A stretch of DNA of 34,455 nt from a virus (taxonomy: Duplodnaviria; Caudoviricetes). Below are positions 33,581-34,455 of the stretch, in pieces; the first letter of the stretch is position 1, and each line of letters starts with the position of its first letter. The notes beneath the pieces are model-generated. The model made no database searches, had not been told where the DNA came from, and saw nothing but the letters and a program-made list of their open reading frames with translations. The translations under genes and the position numbers were made by a program. The stretch lies in the IMG/VR virus record IMGVR_UViG_3300012667_000182, positions 1-34,455 of that record. One strand, given 5' to 3'.

Positions 33581-34455
33581 CTTAATAATTCCCAGGCTGT
33601 TGCTGCACATAAAGGGACTTGTCCATTTCCAATGGCTTTAAGTCTGTCCACCCTAGCGGCCACCCCATCAACCACTCTACCCACGTTGGGTTCAATTGGC
33701 CACTCGTATTGCTTACAGACTGCGATAAGCTGACCTGTTTTCCTATTTCTATTCTGCGTTGTACGCAATTGCTCGATAAATTCCCACGATTTCGGTTGTC
33801 CGATGCTTGCGGAGTAGGCCAATTTTGACGTTCCATCCAAACCGCAGTTGCCAATGGATTTCCCGCAAATCTTCCCCTGCTGTTTTCTAGTTTCATTGCC
33901 CCCCCTGCGCTGGCTATCGGAGTCGGCCATTCCAACCGTTTCTTGAGTGCTTTCCGACTGTTGCTGCCGCCGTCCATGCCAGTTGTGTTTGGCGTGTGAA
34001 AAAAAGTTTTGTTGTTCGGCTCTAATCCAGATTCTTTCACGCTGATGGTTTGCACCAACGTCTGCTGCGGATACAACACCCCATTTTGCATCAAACCCCA
34101 TCGAGGAAAGGTCTGCAAGGACAACTCCAAGTCCTCTAGTAGTGAGCATTGGGCTGTTCTCCACAAATGCGTATTGGGGTCTAACTTCGCCAATGATTCT
34201 CGCCATGTGTTTCCACATACTTGATCGTTCTCCGTCAATTCCTGCTCCTCGTCCTGCTGCGCTGATGTCCTGGCATGGAAATCCGCCAGATACAACGTCA
34301 ACAATTCCTCGCCACGGTTTTCCGTCAAAGGTTTGTACGTCATCCCAAATCGGGAAAGGCGGGAGAAGTCCGTCATTTTGTCGGGCGCACAATACGCTTG
34401 CTGGATAGGGTTCCCATTCAACGGCGCAGACTGTTCGCCATCCGAGAAGTTTTCC
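33577..34455 (-). CDS. C5 DNA cytosine methyltransferase, catalytic chain (motifs II-VIII and X)
   Basis: GGFPCQDIS.AG (IV), FVENSP (VI), HQRERIW (VIII), RLKAIGNGQV (X); motif I lies at 191-1 across the junction; no motif IX in this frame. Confidence 0.9.
   Translation of the reverse strand, partial: GKLLGWRTVCAVEWEPYPASVLCARQNDGLLPPFPIWDDVQTFDGKPWRGIVDVVSGGFPCQDISAAGRGAGIDGERSSMWKHMARIIGEVRPQYAFVENSPMLTTRGLGVVLADLSSMGFDAKWGVVSAADVGANHQRERIWIRAEQQNFFSHAKHNWHGRRQQQSESTQETVGMADSDSQRRGGNETRKQQGKICGKSIGNCGLDGTSKLAYSASIGQPKSWEFIEQLRTTQNRNRKTGQLIAVCKQYEWPIEPNVGRVVDGVAARVDRLKAIGNGQVPLCAATAWELLR
33582..34455 (-). CDS. Overlapping +1-frame methyltransferase partner chain (TRD-like modules and motif IX)
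   Basis: Open over the whole methyltransferase; HTP/WPTP/WPTP modules and LNPTWVEWLMGWPLGWT, which resembles motif IX. Confidence 0.7.
   Translation of the reverse strand, partial: ENFSDGEQSAPLNGNPIQQAYCAPDKMTDFSRLSRFGMTYKPLTENRGEELLTLYLADFHARTSAQQDEEQELTENDQVCGNTWRESLAKLDPNTHLWRTAQCSLLEDLELSLQTFPRWGLMQNGVLYPQQTLVQTISVKESGLEPNNKTFFHTPNTTGMDGGSNSRKALKKRLEWPTPIASAGGAMKLENSRGRFAGNPLATAVWMERQNWPTPQASDNRNRGNLSSNCVQRRIEIGKQVSLSQSVSNTSGQLNPTWVEWLMGWPLGWTDLKPLEMDKSLYVQQQPGNY
34313..34455. repeat. Terminal overlap, right copy (divergent allele of 1-143)
   Basis: See 1-143. Confidence 0.95.

Noticed and set aside
34313-34455. Diversity-generating retroelement TR/VR pair (1-143 versus 34313-34455)
   Set aside because: Mismatches are not confined to adenines on either strand or copy, many are synonymous third positions, and no reverse transcriptase is present.
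1-34455. Stop-codon reassignment / alternative genetic code
   Set aside because: Genes tile the genome intact under the standard code, and TAA, TGA and TAG are all used as stops.

Overview
The window is an apparently complete ~34.3-kb dsDNA tailed-phage genome with a podovirus-like gene set: TerS/TerL, portal, scaffold, major capsid protein, tail tubular/adaptor proteins, three ejection-type proteins, several fibre genes, and a GH108 lysis module. It circularises through a 143-bp terminal overlap (55 bp exact, then 18 mismatches in 88 bp) inside a C5 DNA methyltransferase gene. Replication is lambda O/P-like (YdaU/DUF1376 initiator carrying iterons, followed by a P-like loader), with an SSB, a PD-(D/E)XK exonuclease, RusA and Ref. 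I see no integrase, CI repressor, DNA polymerase, tRNA or CRISPR array. The most notable signals are regulatory. (i) A C4/CI-type antisense RNA cassette (promoter, two target boxes, three-way-junction RNA, U-tract) lies directly in front of the replication initiator. (ii) The methyltransferase is encoded over its whole length in two overlapping reading frames, with tandem TP modules and motif IX in the +1 frame. (iii) A TATAAT-preceded hairpin carries a sarcin-ricin/E-loop motif and an anti-Shine-Dalgarno loop. (iv) A TTAAG-N4-CTTAA operator occurs six times, five of them at predicted promoters, and is probably read by a leaderless Cro. (v) An RBS-sequestering hairpin precedes the HNH gene. 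(vi) The lysis module includes a T4-T-like holin, and an unannotated secreted 6-Cys peptide gene lies next to it. All family calls are from motif recognition by eye; no searches were run.
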